From Eledone cirrhosa (taxonomy: Eukaryota), in NCBI GenBank assembly GCA_964016885.1, contig OZ024740.1, forward strand, positions 148,986,001 to 149,050,000: DNA of 64,000 bases. Reading direction: 5' to 3'. The position numbers and the translations under genes were made by a program. The notes beneath the pieces were generated by a model. It saw only the letters and a list, made by a program, of their open reading frames with translations, was not told the origin of the DNA and searched no databases. This document shows, in pieces, positions 29,434 to 45,156 of this stretch; the first letter of the stretch is position 1; every line of letters starts with the position of its first letter.

Positions 29434-29600
29434 AGAAAATTGGCCCCTTCACGCTTTTTGGAACGCTTCAAAAGGCATGCTTGCTGGGAACAGCAAGAAG
29501 CCTCCGATATGTCCTGAATATCTGAGGCTGCAGGTAGTGGCTTGATATTCATTTCAACAAACTTTCCAGTTAACTAACATCAATGACTGAGACTCAAAGA
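29434..29600 (+). mobile_element. 3' stub of the first R4/Dong family
   Basis: Near-identical to 26903-27070 and flanked by (TAA)n. Confidence 0.88.
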
Positions 29601-32600
29601 GTAATAACAATAATAATAATAATAATAATAATAAACGAAAATACAAAATTTACCACTTTTATGAAGGGAGAAAAATTCTATCACATATATTGAAGGATGT
29701 AAGAGCTTCTGGGTAAACAACATTCGTTGTTTTCTGGTTTGGAGTATAGACAAATAAGTCTTGTAAACTACCCACCCTGGAGCAACCAATATAAAGTTGT
29801 CCATGAGAAAAGCAAGCCAGTAGATTTCAAAGTCTGACCTTGAGCTTTATTAATTTATTAATAGACATTGCGAAGCAAGGTTGCACTGGGAATTGTGTTC
29901 GTTTAAACTCAAATGGCATGTCTGTTGGTTTGAGTGGAATTCTTGGAATGAAAACCTCTTCCCCTGAAGCACATCCAGTGATGATGATAGCTTCTACCAC
30001 ATTAGGTGATGTCTTCACAATCAACCTTGTCCCATTGCATAATTTAAGAGGATCTTCATTTCTTAGAAGCATTATTGTGTCTTCTACCTTTAGAAAAAGT
30101 TTATGTAGAGGAGTTCCAGGTGGCTCAAGAGAATTATGGAACTCTGTTGGGTAGTGGACAGCTTGATTATCATCAAGGTCTGAATCAACTGATTTGTACT
30201 CCTTAATGACTGTTGGAATCTCATTCATTAATTAGTGGTTAATCCTTGCTACTGTTTCATTTTTAACAAGAATTGCCCTTTCACACAATCATTTATATGA
30301 ATTATAATTATTACTTAAGTCTGGAAATACCCTGTTCTTCAATTCAGCTGGGGAATTCAGCATGATACTAATATTAGGCAAATTGATATCACCATTCACA
30401 TCAATGGAATGACTGCTAATGTCTGTCTGATTTCTCCTGATAAAACTAATTTAACTCCTCCCATAGATTTATTATGGCCTCTTATGTCCTGTAAGGTCTT
30501 ATCAAGAGTTTCCATTGCACCTCTATGTGACATGGTGCATTCATCTCAAATCATCACATAGCATTGGCGCAACACTTCTGCTGAAGCTGAACCTTTGCTT
30601 ATGTTACAAATGGGACTGTCATTTGTGACCATGTTTAGCGGTAATTCAGAAGCAGAATGAGCTGTTTGTCCTCCTGGACGAAGGGTGGCAGTAATGCCAG
30701 ACGATGCTATTGCAACTGCAATTCTTTTTTTCTTGCCTTACCTTGGAGAGAAGCAATGTTGTTACAAATGTTTTGCCTGTGCCACCAGGAGCATCTAGAA
30801 AGAAAATTCTGCCACCCTTTTCTCTGACTGATGAAATAATTTTATCATATGCACAGTGTTGTTCTGGAAGAAGTTTAGGGTCATGTTCATTCACAAATGC
30901 AGCCAACTCTGTGATGTCATAATTTCTCTTGCTATGTCTCTTGAAGTTAAATCACTAATTTGAGAGTTTGCTTTTGGCAGTCCAGAGCCAGACTCTTGCA
31001 AATCTTTGCCTCCTATGGTCAAAACTTGATCCTCAACTTCAATTAGTGCTTAGTTAATATATTTTTCAGAGAACTGAATATTGATATCTTGATTTGTCTG
31101 TTTAACTGCATACTTAGAGTCCTCAGCCATGTCCTCATGATGTTTCATCCAAAGCTGTAGGGGACTGCCAAGTTGACACATGTTCAGCATAATTGCAAAA
31201 AGATTACGGAGTTTCCTTGGAGAATCTGACACTAATGTTTCAGTCGATGCAAGGTCCCAATGCTCATCATTTCCTAAAAAAACATTGTTGATAGCATGCT
31301 TCCCTATAAGTTTTACATACATCGTTTTTACCCTCTCCAAATCTTGGAATGATTTGGGACCACGTACTTCATGCAAAAGGAGCCGTAAGTAGGAGCATTC
31401 TGCTTGGCTCGGGTGGACACTGTAAACTCTTGCAAGAGCGTCTTCTCCACGTTTCCTCTTGTGCTATTTATTGTTTCTCCAGGTGTAATACTTAGTAATT
31501 CTAGGTAAAGGAGTTTTCTTGCATCTTCATCTTCTTGGCACAACTTAAAAAAGGCAATTAGGGTAGTTTCTTTTAGAGAAAGTGTTTGTTGCAAGGCTGT
31601 TTGTTTTGTAAAGATATCCTTTTGGCCATTCTCTCGATGGACACTTAGCTAAATGATGGCTGCGTGACTCTCATGAATGGGTAAATTGAAGATGCGCCAA
31701 AAGGCCTGATGTATCTTCCTCTCGCATACTGTGCAACTTCGTCATTTTTATTTATCTACTGACTGCCATTCTGCAGAAGAGTTGTATATTGCAGAATCTA
31801 AACCTTTGTTTATATATTTGCAAACATACTTAATAGGCTTGAGAGAGTTGCAGAATTCAACATTGATATGGGCTTTGAAAGTGTTTGTAATAAGACAGTA
31901 GGTTACAACCCACCGATTGTCTATGATGAATTATTGCCCATTTCTCATTTGTTTTCGAAGTGAATCCACTATACTCAGGTTTTCTTCTCCTGTAAAGAGG
32001 GTAGCCACCTTCTCCAGTTTGGGTTTTTTGTACAAAGGGACGTGTGTAGTTCTTTGTACACTTATTATCCCTCATGCATGGGGAGGATGGATTAATTGAA
32101 TCACAGGGCCCATGAATCATCTGGGGCTTGATAGTTTCATGCAGCAAAGTATCTTTCTGTGGATCAGGCAGTCCAGCTGAGATAAATAAATCAATATCAT
32201 TTAGCCGAAGTTTTTCATATAACCAAACCAAAATGTCGTTATGTTGCAATCCGCGTTTTTGCCATTCAATTGTGTGCATGTCACATTTGACTGGTCCAAA
32301 ACCTTTATATACTTTTAGGAGATCCATCAGCTTTATGACTAAGTCTGAATACCCTAGCTATAATTTCATGGCGATCTTTGGGTTCTTGATGATGATAAAG
32401 CTCACTCTTTATTTCATGTCATTTTGGGTTACATGTGAATGTAATAAAAAGGTCTGGACGACCATAGTGTCTGACATGTAAGTGCATCTTGGGTACGCTC
32501 ATGCATTTACCATGGACTTCCTGTAAAGCTTGATGGAAGAATAACACAAAGTTGTCCAATATTATCAGCAGCCAATGCTCGTTCATTACTAATTGCATCT

Positions 32601-34194
32601 CTCACGGAGATGTTTCTGATGTGTTCTAATGTAAAGAATCTTCTTTACAATTTGCAGTTGATTTGTATGCATACATATCAACTGCAAATTGCTGCAAGAG
32701 CTCACGTGAACGATGAAGAATATTGAAGTCTTGCTCCCTTATATGAAAAGGTAAGCATAGAATTCCATGCAGCTTAATTATTTTGTCAGTGAGTGCAGGA
32801 GCTCTTGGTTGAAGGTCTCTTTTTTTTTAATACCAAAGTGATGTTCATCACAAAGTGATGCAAAATACACAGATTATTGGATACTGGACTACATCATATG
32901 ATCGGTGGGTTGCATATATCCGCTCCAGCTTATTTCCTCATCCTTGAATAATAATATGTCTCTTCCCATACTCGTCGCCTGTAATAATTTCTGCTACTTC
33001 ATTTGCGGCAGGGGCATTGTAGCGGCGTCTGTGTTCAGCAACAGGCTTTTTGTTTGCATCAATAACTATCTTGTATTCAGTGGGTGGTGCAGATTCTAAT
33101 GCATACATGAAGCTTCTGATGTAGCTATTGTATTCATGGAACATATCTTGCAGATCAAAGATTAACTCTTCTTTCAAATTTGGAAGGTTAAATGACCGTT
33201 GCAAAGCCTGCTCCTTGTAATTTGCCACAAAATATAACTGTAAAAACTGAGGATTTTTAACTTCAGTTGGCAACAAAGATCCAATACGATCGTATACTTG
33301 ACCTTGAACATTAAAAGTTGGCTTCATGTTCTCTTCTCTTATAATTTTTCTACCAAAGAAGGTCATTTGGAAAGCAGAATTATAATTCCTAATGTTTTTC
33401 AAAAAGTGCATGCTCCTGGGTGTGTTTTCCAACAGCAATGCCTTCAAAGTATCTCGGGGTGTACCAAACGCCGGTAAAACAACCGTTCCTCCACCACAAC
33501 ACATAGTAGTGTTTTCTCTTTCCCATTTCTTTCCTTTACAAAAATTGCACTTTTTTGACATATATTCAATATCAATCAATTTCTCTGTAGAATAATCATG
33601 TTTTGGATCATAGTTGAAAGCTGATCTTTTCCAAGTCTCCTTGAAATGTACAACGTTTTCAACCTATCTTGATAGGTCAAACGTATTCAGCCTATCTTGA
33701 TCAAGACGCTTACGTCTTTCCTCTGAGGATTGGCGAAGTCTTGCAGCAACTGTTTGCTCCTGGTTTTTTCTTTGTCTAAACTCTCGCTGACCTATTGTCT
33801 CATTGGCCACTCTGGCAGCTTGTCTTTGTCTTGCATCCTTTAAACCATTTCCCTTTCTTTGTTTTCTCTTGGCTCCTGCGGATTGCATTTTGTTGAGGTA
33901 ATTGTTCTAAACATTTTTCCCTTGCCTCTTGTGACTCATTGGCCCTGCGTGCAGCAGCTCTCCTCCGGTCGTTGTGCAGGGGTTTCTAGTGATCTTGCTC
34001 TGGCTACCTTTACTCGTTTTCTTCACAGTATAATACTGATCATCTACATCTACACTGTCTCTTATTAAGAACATTTTTCTCGGAAACGTTTTTGAAAATT
34101 TAAATGGGGATTAAATGAAAAATTCAGTGAAAGTTACGTGAATATCTTCACAAGAGTGATTGAAATAAATGGCGATTGTGGAATGCCGCACGCC

Positions 34195-34225
<31 letters not shown>

Positions 34226-34812
34226 GGAAACGCACACATGCACGCAAAAGCACGCTCGCCCACAAACGCGCACTCGCACGCAAACTCACACACGCACACA
34301 AACACATACACCCACACGTACACCACACATACGCACACACACTATTTAGATTTCTCCCTCTATTGAAAAACGTTGTGACGAATGAGGAGATAGCGGAGGA
34401 GAAGTAAAGAGCCACTTCCTCACTTTTCCTCTCCGTTTCTTTCTCTCCCCTCTCACTCCCTCATTGGCATTATGCGCATGCATACACAAACATCTGCTAA
34501 TATATATATATATGAGAAAACTGGCCTTCCCTATATTCCAGAATGCAATGCGCTTCAATCGACTAATTACATCATTGTGGTAGTATTCAAATATGACTAT
34601 ATTTTTCGTACTTACCATTGATGATTACGCGCATGTGTATCAGAGCGAGTTAATCGCTATCTCAATGTCATTCTGAATACATAGATTTTATATGAAATTT
34701 CTGTTGGACAAGAAAAGAATGAATCCCAGATGAAGTGAGCAAGGACATAAATACTGATTAAACACATAAAATAATTATGTATATACATATACATCATTAT
34801 TTTATGTGTTTA

Positions 34813-34890
<78 letters not shown>

Positions 34891-35140
34891 TTAGGCACAT
34901 AAACATATACATACGCACATACATATATACATACGTACATACATACATGCATACAAACATACATACATACATACAGTCAGAGATTCTTGTTACGTACAAC
35001 AATTCATGCGATAATTCGTCGGTTTGTTGCACATAGCGTGAAGTTCTGAGTCACAATGGTATGAATCATCAACTTGAACGAACAAATTTACCCCATGCAT
35101 AGCGTAATCTTTCTTTTGTTTTTACTTCCCATGCACACAG

Positions 35141-35142
35141 AT

Positions 35143-35212
<70 letters not shown>
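35141..35212. repeat. (GATA)n microsatellite at the 3' junction of the Tx1 element
   Basis: Direct reading. Further tracts at 40953-41052, 41735-41753, 41981-42007 and 42060-42142. Confidence 0.95.
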
Positions 35213-35213
<1 letters not shown>

Positions 35214-35477
35214 TGTTTCTTTTATTTGCCACCAGGGCATCAAAAGTGGGACAAGTACAATGGGGGGAGTTTACAAAACAAGGCGTCCTCAATAAGGAGG
35301 AGGCAATAACAATATATAAAAATAAAATAAAATATAACAAAAAATAAAATTTATAACAAAGTCCTCAATAGAGAGGAGGCGCCTTGGGGGGTCGCACACA
35401 CCCCCGAAAAAAGTGTGCAACCCTTCTCCTCAGGAGCACAGAGAAGGGGTGCTCCCTTGGTCTTTCATCTTCCTCAC

Positions 35478-38400
35478 CTATAGTCTGATGTAGAGTGAAG
35501 GCCCATTCACACGGGCCATTCTCGCCACTTTCACCCATCTTTCATAGAAACGGCTGGGGTGCAGCACCTCTCTCTCCATCCTGATCCTTCTTCCGAAATG
35601 ATATCGGAAAAAACGGACCAGTTGTTGGCCAGAGAGAAAGGTGCCTGACCTCAGTCCTTTCAGACGCGTCCACCATACAACCTCTTTCGCCATGGCTATT
35701 ACGCACAGAAACACCGCCTCTGCTTCATCTTTGAAGGGGGGAGGCGGCTTGATCATTACAATAGACTCGGTGGTCAACCGGATCGGTCCCACCCTTGACA
35801 GCAGTTGTTCGACATAGCCCCACAGATCGGCTACGCCCGAGCAGTGTACCAATGCGTGTGCAACGGTTTCCTCGTCGCACACGCATCTGGGACAGATCTT
35901 TTTGGCGGGGTCCCTACCCGGGCGCCCGTGTCTGTAGAGCCTTTCTCGAACGGGTAAAGCCCCTCGGTAGCACTGCCAGGCCAGGGACTTCTGGAAGTTG
36001 TCCATAGGTCCCGGGCTGAATGTCCTACCGAACAGGCTGGCCAGTTCGTCCTCCTCCATGTCTAGGGCTTCTCCGAGGGCGTCGTCGCACCTGCTGCGTA
36101 CCAGCCCTCTATAGAATGTTGCGGTGGAGTCTCCACTGATAACCGGATCCGCCTGCCAGAGGGCGGTGAGCGCCTGGGCACACTCAGTGTGCCAGGCGCC
36201 CAGTTTTCTCGGTCTTTGCTTGACCCAGGATTGCAGCTCGGTGAGTGAGACGAGTCTGGGAAAGGTTCGTCTCACAAACGAGGCCCACACCGGTTGTCCG
36301 GTGAGGAATACGTAGAGGTGCCGTAGCCTTAATGCGTGTTTACGCATCATTAGCCACGGCATCCCCAGCCCTCCTTTCGAAGGGTGTTGCCAGCAGATGG
36401 ATCTCCTCACCATAGGAGCCCGCCTCTTCCAAAGGAATTGGAAGAGCGCGCGCTCCATCTTGGTGAGGGTTTCCCTTGGGCAGGGCACTACGGTCAGGCG
36501 GTAGTAGATGACGGACGCTATGTAGGTGTTCGCCACCTCCGCCCGACCTTTCAGGGATAGTTTGCAACTGGCCCACTTCTGGGTCAGTGCAAACACCCTG
36601 TTCGTAACCTCCGCCCAGTTTTTCTCCACCTGGAGGTCCGGTCCGAACCAGACCCCGAGCAACTTCACCGGGCCCTCCGTCCAGCGTCCGACGACGCCAT
36701 CGGAGGGCATCGGTCTGCCCCTCCACGTGCCGAGTTGCAAACCGATCGACTTGTCCCGGTTCAGCTTAGCCCCTGTGAACTTTTCGTACTCCTCCAGTAA
36801 GGTGCCGACCGCCTCGATTTCGGAGGCCGTCGACACCATTACTGTCACGTCATCGGCGTAGGCCGACACCGCTTTCCGCAATCCCGGTTCCAAAGGGATG
36901 CCCTGCAACAACTCCAACTTCCGCAGTAGTGGCTCGAGAGTCAACACATACAGAAGGGAGGAGAGAGGGCACCCTTGTCGGATGGACCGCGCGATTTTGA
37001 ACGGCTCCGAGAGGTAGCCTTTCACCTTGACCCTAGAGCAGATGCGGCTGCTGTGCATAGCAGTGATCCAGCCCCTGAAAACGGGTCCGAAGCCTGCCGC
37101 CGCTAGCACCGCATCCAGGTAACCATGGTCGACCCTATCGAACGCCTTAGATTGATCCAAGTTGATGAGAGCCCCACCAAAGCCGGGTTCGTTCCCAACC
37201 CTCTCTATGATGTATCGCATGAGGTGGAGGTTGTCATGGATGGACCTGGACGGGATAGCGCATGTCTGCGCATCTCCCACCAGGTTGCCCACGACAAGCG
37301 CCAACCTCTTTGCTAGCACCTTGGCCAAAATCTGTAACTCTGTATTTAGCAGAGTTATGGGCCTGAAGTTACTTATTTCGTCCCCCTTGTTCTCGTCCTT
37401 CCTCACTAGCGTGACTACGCCCTTGGTCACAGTACAGGGAATTCTCCCGTTCTGTTGCCAGTTGCAGTAGACCGCCTCGAGGAGATCGGGGAACAAGTCC
37501 GGCATAGCTAGATATAATTCGTAAGGAAGACCATCGAGACCCGGGGATTTGCGTTTGCCGCATTGGCTCAGCACGTCCTCTATCTCAGCGGCCGAAATCG
37601 GCTCCTCGCAGGACTTCGCCTCCCTGTCCGAGAGGCGCGGCAGGCCGTCGAGGTATGGACCGAAGTCCACGTTCCCAACCGGCTCCCCGTCCCTCCCGAA
37701 CAGTCGGGCAAAGTGCCTTTGAAAGGCCTCACACATCTGCTTAGGCTCAAGAATCGCCCGTCCATCCAGGTCTCGCAAAGACCGGATGGTGGATTTAGTT
37801 CCACTGTTGGCCTCTGTCACGCGGGCCCAGCTAACAGCTTTGGTCCCCTCGTTCCCTAGAGCACGTATTTTACTTCGGACAACGCAGCCTTCGTGCTTCG
37901 CGTCGAAAAACTGGCTCAAAGCCGTTCTCGACGCTAGCACTCTGGCCACGTCGCCGCTTCTAATTGCCTCTTCTACTCTATCTATTAGCTCCCTTTCCTT
38001 CCTATTCCTATCCGCAGCTAGAACCTTACTAAATTCTATCGAGACTACTCTAATCTCTCTCTTTAGAGATACCCACCACCTGCTGTTGACGATCGCTCCA
38101 GTCAACCGTTCCTTAACTAACGTACTAATCCGATTCCTGTAGGCTCTACTTGCCGGCAAGGACAAGTTGAGCTTCCAGTAACCGGGGCCCTGGCTATGAG
38201 TTCTGTCAAGGTTGACCATGCAGGTCACTAATTTGTGGTCTGAATAGCCAACCATGCGCATTTTTGGACAACTTAAAAAGTCCTTATCCTTAATTCTAAC
38301 TAAGAACCTATCTAGGTACGACCTAGATGATCCGCTACGATTTGCCCAAGTCCAGGTTGGCGCAGTCGGAAAATCTAGTCGATATCTATCGGCCAGGTCA

Positions 38401-38915
38401 AATCGACCGATTAACCCTTTGAGGATATTACACCCCTCTCTATCGGGGCAGGCCCCTACGTAGTCCCAGCGTGCATCTAGGATACCATTCCAGTCCCCCA
38501 CTAATAGCAAGGAGCGGGACGTCCCCAGAAAAGTCTCCAGACGATGGAAGAAGTCCGGCCGCATTGACCCGAAAGGGCCGTAGGCGGCTACCAACCTAAA
38601 CGCTCCGCCTTTACCACTGCCATGGTCCAGAACCACTAGTCGACCCTCCGGGTCCAAATGTACCATCTGTGTTGCGAGACCCAGATGTTTTTGCAGCAGA
38701 ACGACAACTCCACCCCCACCTCCGGGCTAACAGAGAGATGCGTGCATCTCAAAGTCATCAAAGGCGAGGGCCAGCTGTCGCACGTTGCTGATCCGGGCCT
38801 CGCAAATAACCATCACATCTATACGTTGTGACCTGAGGTCATTTAGAAGCATTGCTTGCTTCCAAGTTGAGCCCAGGCCACTCGCATTTAAACAGCCTAC
38901 TCTTAGCATAGCCAT
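35478..38915 (-). CDS. Tx1 ORF2 (APE endonuclease + RT + C-terminal CCHC) with one in-frame TAG at 38729-38727
   Basis: VGCLNASGL, LVGDWN, SYLDRF, YSDHK, KSPGLDG, FRPITLLN, LDQSKAFDRV, RQGCPLS, AYADD, CPRC..ETVAHALVHC. Confidence 0.9.
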
Positions 38916-38939
38916 GTTGGTGGTGAAGAGAAAAGGCAC

Positions 38940-40581
38940 TTACCTCTCTGCGTCCCGGGTATCGGGCTGCACAATTTCCATTAGGGTGGGGGATGGGTTG
39001 TTGGGTGGGGTGGTGGTTTGTGGAAGTGTGGGGGCATCAGTGTGTTGTGTGGTTGGGGAGCTTGGAGTTTTGTGGGTGTTTGGGGAGGGAGTGGGATAGT
39101 TTTTTAGGAGGACGCGGTTAATGGGCCCGACGCAGGGGGGACCCACGTCCTCTTTAAAATTGTTTTTTAAAGTTTTATAGGTGTCCTGTGGGGCCTTAAT
39201 CATTTTGAGGTGGGGGAAATCCCCTGCCTGGGTGAAGTTAGGCCCTTGTGTTTTTATTAGATTGTTGTTGTACACAATGTTTAACAGTTTTTTGTTTCTT
39301 GTGTTTATGTATGTGTATGCATGTTTTTGTTTTTGTGTGGTGTTTTTTGTTTGCTGTTGTTGTGAGCTCTTTTGTGTTGGTGTCAGTGTTATGTTTTGGG
39401 GAGGGGTTTTATTCATTTGTGTGTCTGAGGTGTGTTTTCTTTTTTTTCTTTTGATTGTGTGGAAGTGCTCCTCCTCGTCTGACGACGAACTAGGGTCATC
39501 TTCCGCGTTGGAGGGGAGGGGTATATTTTCGGGTTGTGTTTGCGGTACGGGTGTTTTGGAAATTGTTTTTGTTTTTTGAGTGGAGGGGATGGGTTGGACA
39601 TTGTTTTGTTTTGGTTTGAGCTGTGGTGGTTGTTTTTGTAGTGGTAGTTGTGGTGATTGTGTTGGTTGTGCAGTTGTTGGTGGTGTAGGCAGGATTGGGG
39701 TTTTCTTATTAAGTTGGGGACAGACAGCCCTCAGGTGACCTCTGGTTCCGCAGAGGTAACACGAGGGCCGTCTACCCTCAACGGTAATGTTGATGAAGGT
39801 TAGATCATCCAGTATGACGCGTTCAGGGATCTGGGCGATCCTTTCGGGCCTCATTTGAACTACAAGTTCGAGGCTCGTTCCACTGAACGCGTCACCCGAT
39901 GCCTTTCCCATGGACACCAGCATGTCATCCTCCAGGTCCAGAAAACCTGTCAAAACCCACCATATGTCCATAATCGGCAGGATGGTGTGGATTTTTATTT
40001 TTTGTGTTCTTCTACCAATGTACGTAGGGTAGAAGGTGTATGCGGTGGATGTGATTGGTTTGATGGACAGTTTCACTGCTGTGTCCCTGTCCTTCATGAG
40101 AATGGATAGACTCCCGTAGAGTCTATCCTTCTGAATGAAGGTGATGTCCTTCATGACGTCTTTTAAAACCAGCTCTATCTCGCTCTGTGATGGTTGAGCT
40201 GGTTTTTTACTTTTGTTCGAGATTGTCCTAAACATGACCGTGTTTAGGAGTCTCTGGCTTTTTAGTTCCGGGGGGGGAATGGATTGTGAATGAACCATTT
40301 TCCCCGTACACTATATATTTTTTCGCATCCGCCAGTAGCTCCTTCGCTTTTGTTATATCTACTGGCAGATAGTCGAGGGTTTTCCTTGTCGTCTCGGCGA
40401 AGGAGAAATTTTGTTTGTTTGTGTTGTTGTTGTCGTTGGTGGTGTTGTTGTTATCATTGTTGTTGTTGTCACCGTTATTGGTCTTGTTGTTGTTGTTATT
40501 GTTATTGTTATTGGTGTTGTTTTCGTCCGTCGCATTGTTGTTGTTGTTGCTGTTGCTGCTGGTTCTTTGGGTTGTTGCCAT
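38940..40581 (-). CDS. Tx1 ORF1 (zinc-knuckle protein), frameshifted near 40290
   Basis: CYLCGTRGHLRAVC knuckle. The Asn-rich N-terminal ORF 40228-40581 overlaps 38940-40298 in another frame. Confidence 0.75.
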
Positions 40582-40952
40582 GGCAACGTCAAGTTGTCGG
40601 TTAACAGGTGGAGAGAATTCTTCCTCTGGCTGACCTTTCTTCTTGACCTCTGCTACTGTGACAGTGGCAGGGGAAGCTGTAAGTTCATCTTCCCCTTTCC
40701 TCCTTCGAATTTTGGTGAAGAAGCTTCGGCCATTTAAAAAAATATTGACTTTTCAACAAGAAAAAACTTTTTTTTGTTTAACTATTTCGCCTAAAGGCGT
40801 AGAATATTTTGAGAGACTGACCAGATCAAAGTTTGACCTGGCAGTCCCTCTACAAAATGGTACAAAAATTAAAGTTATCAGACAAGAATTTCTATAGAAA
40901 TTTAAACAGAACTTACTCAGCAAGTTATACGCGTGTGTCCATCCCAGAGGGC

Positions 40953-41734
<782 letters not shown>

Positions 41735-41753
41735 AGATAGATGGATAGATAGA

Positions 41754-41980
41754 TATGTTTCTTTTATTTGCCACCAGGGCATCAAAAGTGGGACAAGTAC
41801 AATGGGGGGGAGTTTACAAAACAAGGCGTCCTCAATAAGGAGGAGGCAATAACAATATATAAAAATAAAATAAAATATAACAAAAAATAAAATTTACAAC
41901 AAAGTCCTCAATAGAGAGGAGGCGCCTTGGGGGGTCGCACACACCTCCGAAAAAAGTGTGCAACCCTTCTCCTCAGGAGC
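41754..41980 (-). mobile_element. Tx1 3'-UTR stub; another short stub lies at 42008-42059
   Basis: Near-identical to 35213-35437 and flanked by (GATA)n. Confidence 0.88.
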
Positions 41981-42058
41981 GATAGATAGATAGATAGATA
42001 GATAGATATGTTTCTTTATTAGCCACAGGGGCACAAAAGAAGGGGACAAATACAAAGG

Positions 42059-42144
<86 letters not shown>

Positions 42145-45100
42145 GTAATGCATTTTATGTACATATATTTTATGTATATATGAATGTATGGAAATCCAAC
42201 AAAAGTGTTTGAGAAGACACATTTTGTGTAATCCACTCGGTATCATTAAATATATTTTAAAATATTTTGTTTCGATATAAATGCTAGCAAATTATTTCGC
42301 GAAAGAGAGAGATAAATGGAGTGAAATAGAGAGAAAGTGATGTGTAAAAGAGGTGGTAGAAAGGACGAGAGAGACGGACTTTCGAAATAACGAAAAATCA
42401 AGGCGAGTTCATCCAGTTAAACTAGCGTACACACTCCTTTATATAGTTGGTGTGAATCCACAATAAAATCTACCACCTAAACATATGAAGGCGTGACAGA
42501 GGTAGAAAGGAATATAGAGAAAACTATCTACTACTATTGATATAATAAACCGTAACCCAATATAGAAAAATAATGAGAAATTACGTAGGATGTTATATCT
42601 GATTACAATTATACTTTCCCTCACATCACATTCGCTGTTGTACGCTCTTATCCTGGCACTATTCCTAGCACGAAGAACGTAAGAGAGTTAGAGTAAGAAG
42701 ACTAATAACTATTCCACACTTGCGTAAACTCTCATTTGTTTACTCCATCTACTGACAGACGTTATTGTGATACAGTTGTCTGTGGCTTTGCTTATAATAG
42801 CAATAACAAGGGTGCTTAGCTTCTTGGAATTATGTTCCTCAAAACTAAACAGCCAATTGATTTAAAATGACCTCATGTTTCCCGAACATTTGTTCTTTTT
42901 TTTTCTAGCAACGTACTTTTTGATGCGTACTGTTTGTTTCACCGGCAAACTTTTATGATGTGCTAGATTTATGTAAACTACAAGTAAATCCATGAGATTA
43001 TATACCATGCTCTATAAGATTGTTGATTTACTTTCTATCGACTGTTTACTAAACCATTCATTTTGTTGTAGAGCACGACAGTAAGCGATGTCTTTTTCTC
43101 CGCTATGAATGTAGTTTCGATGGTACATGTTGATAAATTCGATGGGCTGTATATTCACTTGTCTTTCTGATGTTGCTTGAATTCAGTTTGTCAATTAAAC
43201 TTACCTAATGCTTCCCCTGTCTATAAGCAGCAGCAATAATAAATATTTACAAACGAAAAGCAATTATGATACGCACGTGTTCCAGGTACTTTGAATATTT
43301 TCTAGCGTTATAGTTGATCGCAAAACCATCTAGATTTTACAGATGCTATGGATTCTACAGATTCTATAGATGCCCGAACTCGATTTCTACAGTGGTTCAC
43401 CGAGTGACATTTAACAATGATGTAATTCGATACTTGGCAGATTGATGAGTTTAGGAAGATTTCTATGAATACTGAGCATAGCTTCCCCTTAAAGTATAAT
43501 TTGATGAATATGCTTGCATTAACGTATTTATTTCAATCAATGTTAAGGATTATATAGGATTTATTAGCATGTGATCATTGTTGTGTATATTCTGAATGTT
43601 ATGTGGAAAGGATTGCTTAAAGCTCATTGAATTTCAACACTTTGACTAGATTTTAGTTTTGTAGGTACATTGATAAAAACATTATATTCCCTTTTGTGGA
43701 GATGTTAGTTTTGGCAAAAGATTTCCAGTTGTGGTTATCTCATCGTTTTTATTTGTACTCAGAATACTTTTAGTGTTTCGTTACCTAATATTTAATTCAA
43801 ATTTTATACGGGTAAGTTATGATTTGAAGATTATTTGGCTGTTATTTCAAGTATATCAAGTGACTACGTAAAGACTCCCTCATTATCACAACGAAGATTT
43901 TGATTGATAAAGGAAGCGATGTCAGGTTATCTTTCAGTTTTGTTATATCCTTCGCTGCTCAGAACATGGAGGTATGATGTTTCCATAACTCAGATTATAT
44001 TTTAAATTCCAGTTTATGTTTTTGTTAGTATTTCTTCGTTTTAAGTGGCCACAATTACATTCCTACAATCTTAGATTATACAAGCGTTTTGTGAGAGTGT
44101 GTACTGACATAGTTTCAGTATTTTGTTTTGTGTACCCATATTTAAACATTGCCATGAACTCAGCCTTTTAGTCAGTTTTGGAGGTGGATGTTTTGGTAAT
44201 TTTTCTTAAGCGTCGTAGATAAGTTTTTGAAACAAAGTGGGATGTAAATAAACGTAGTATGTTTGTTGTTTCCACTGCGCCTAAATTTACAAATGAAGAC
44301 TTTGCTCGAAGGAAGTTACGTTTTCAGGTGGAATTGTTTGATTGGGCTTATTAGTTTCAAAAAAATCAAAGTATTGGAATTTCGTCCCACCCATATTTTA
44401 CAATGGGTGTCAACGTATAGATGGTGAACCGGATTAAAAACTGCCTTTAAATTCAAATTCAAATGTTCTGTAAGTATGCAATATCTTAACATCTAAACAT
44501 TCTATATGAAATGCGCAAATAGCTGTTTTCATGCACAGTCACTCCAGGTAGAGCCGCTACTTCTCTGAATTGAGAGATCACAACTCCTATAATATGGGCA
44601 TGTAGTTAGAATGTCTCAGGAAAGAATCGCTAAACATATTTTACGGGCAAAATCAACCGGCAAGAGATCCAGAGTTAGACCCCGAGAAAGATGGTTGGAT
44701 AAGATCTCTGAGCTTGGTTCGTCAAGAAGAAGATAAATAAACAAACAAAAAATAAGCTCACGAAACACTGGCAGTACCCTGTACGTATCTATACCATATT
44801 TGTGGATAAACATGTCAGATCTTTGATTGTTAGGACAGAAGCACCAATCAAATCCTATCAAGTATATATGACATTTTCTAACAACCTTGCTAACTCCGAC
44901 GATTAATGAGCTTAGAATAACGGTTTCTGTCGAAAAACCCAACGAAACGTCTGGAGTTGATAAGCAACCACGAGTCCCTTGTAGGCAGTTCAACACCAGA
45001 AATCGTAACCACTATGGAGCATTTAAGCAAGGGAATGATCGTCTAGAACGAGCAGACATTTTTCTCTCAAATCCAACCGTAAAATGTTTAAAAGATAATT

Positions 45101-45156
45101 ATAAAATGTGTCACCACCGACAAAAATAATCTTGAATGCATTTGGATATTTTTCAG

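Larger units (their letters stand above)
24827..34500 (-). mobile_element. Helitron (Rep/PIF1 helicase), degenerate, with nested LINEs
   Basis: Motifs CNFCKG..MCCGGG, TIEWQKRGLQHNDIL (HUH motif), FFLDAPGGTGKTF (Walker A), LCNGTRL and QFPV..FAMSINK in 29827-33888. The 3' end is a GC hairpin at 24839-24854 followed by CTAG|T at 24830-24827. The 5' end is approximate. Confidence 0.88.
35213..40951 (-). mobile_element. Full-length Tx1/L1-clade LINE inserted in (GATA)n
   Basis: Two ORFs plus UTRs, with both ends abutting (GATA)n. Confidence 0.92.
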
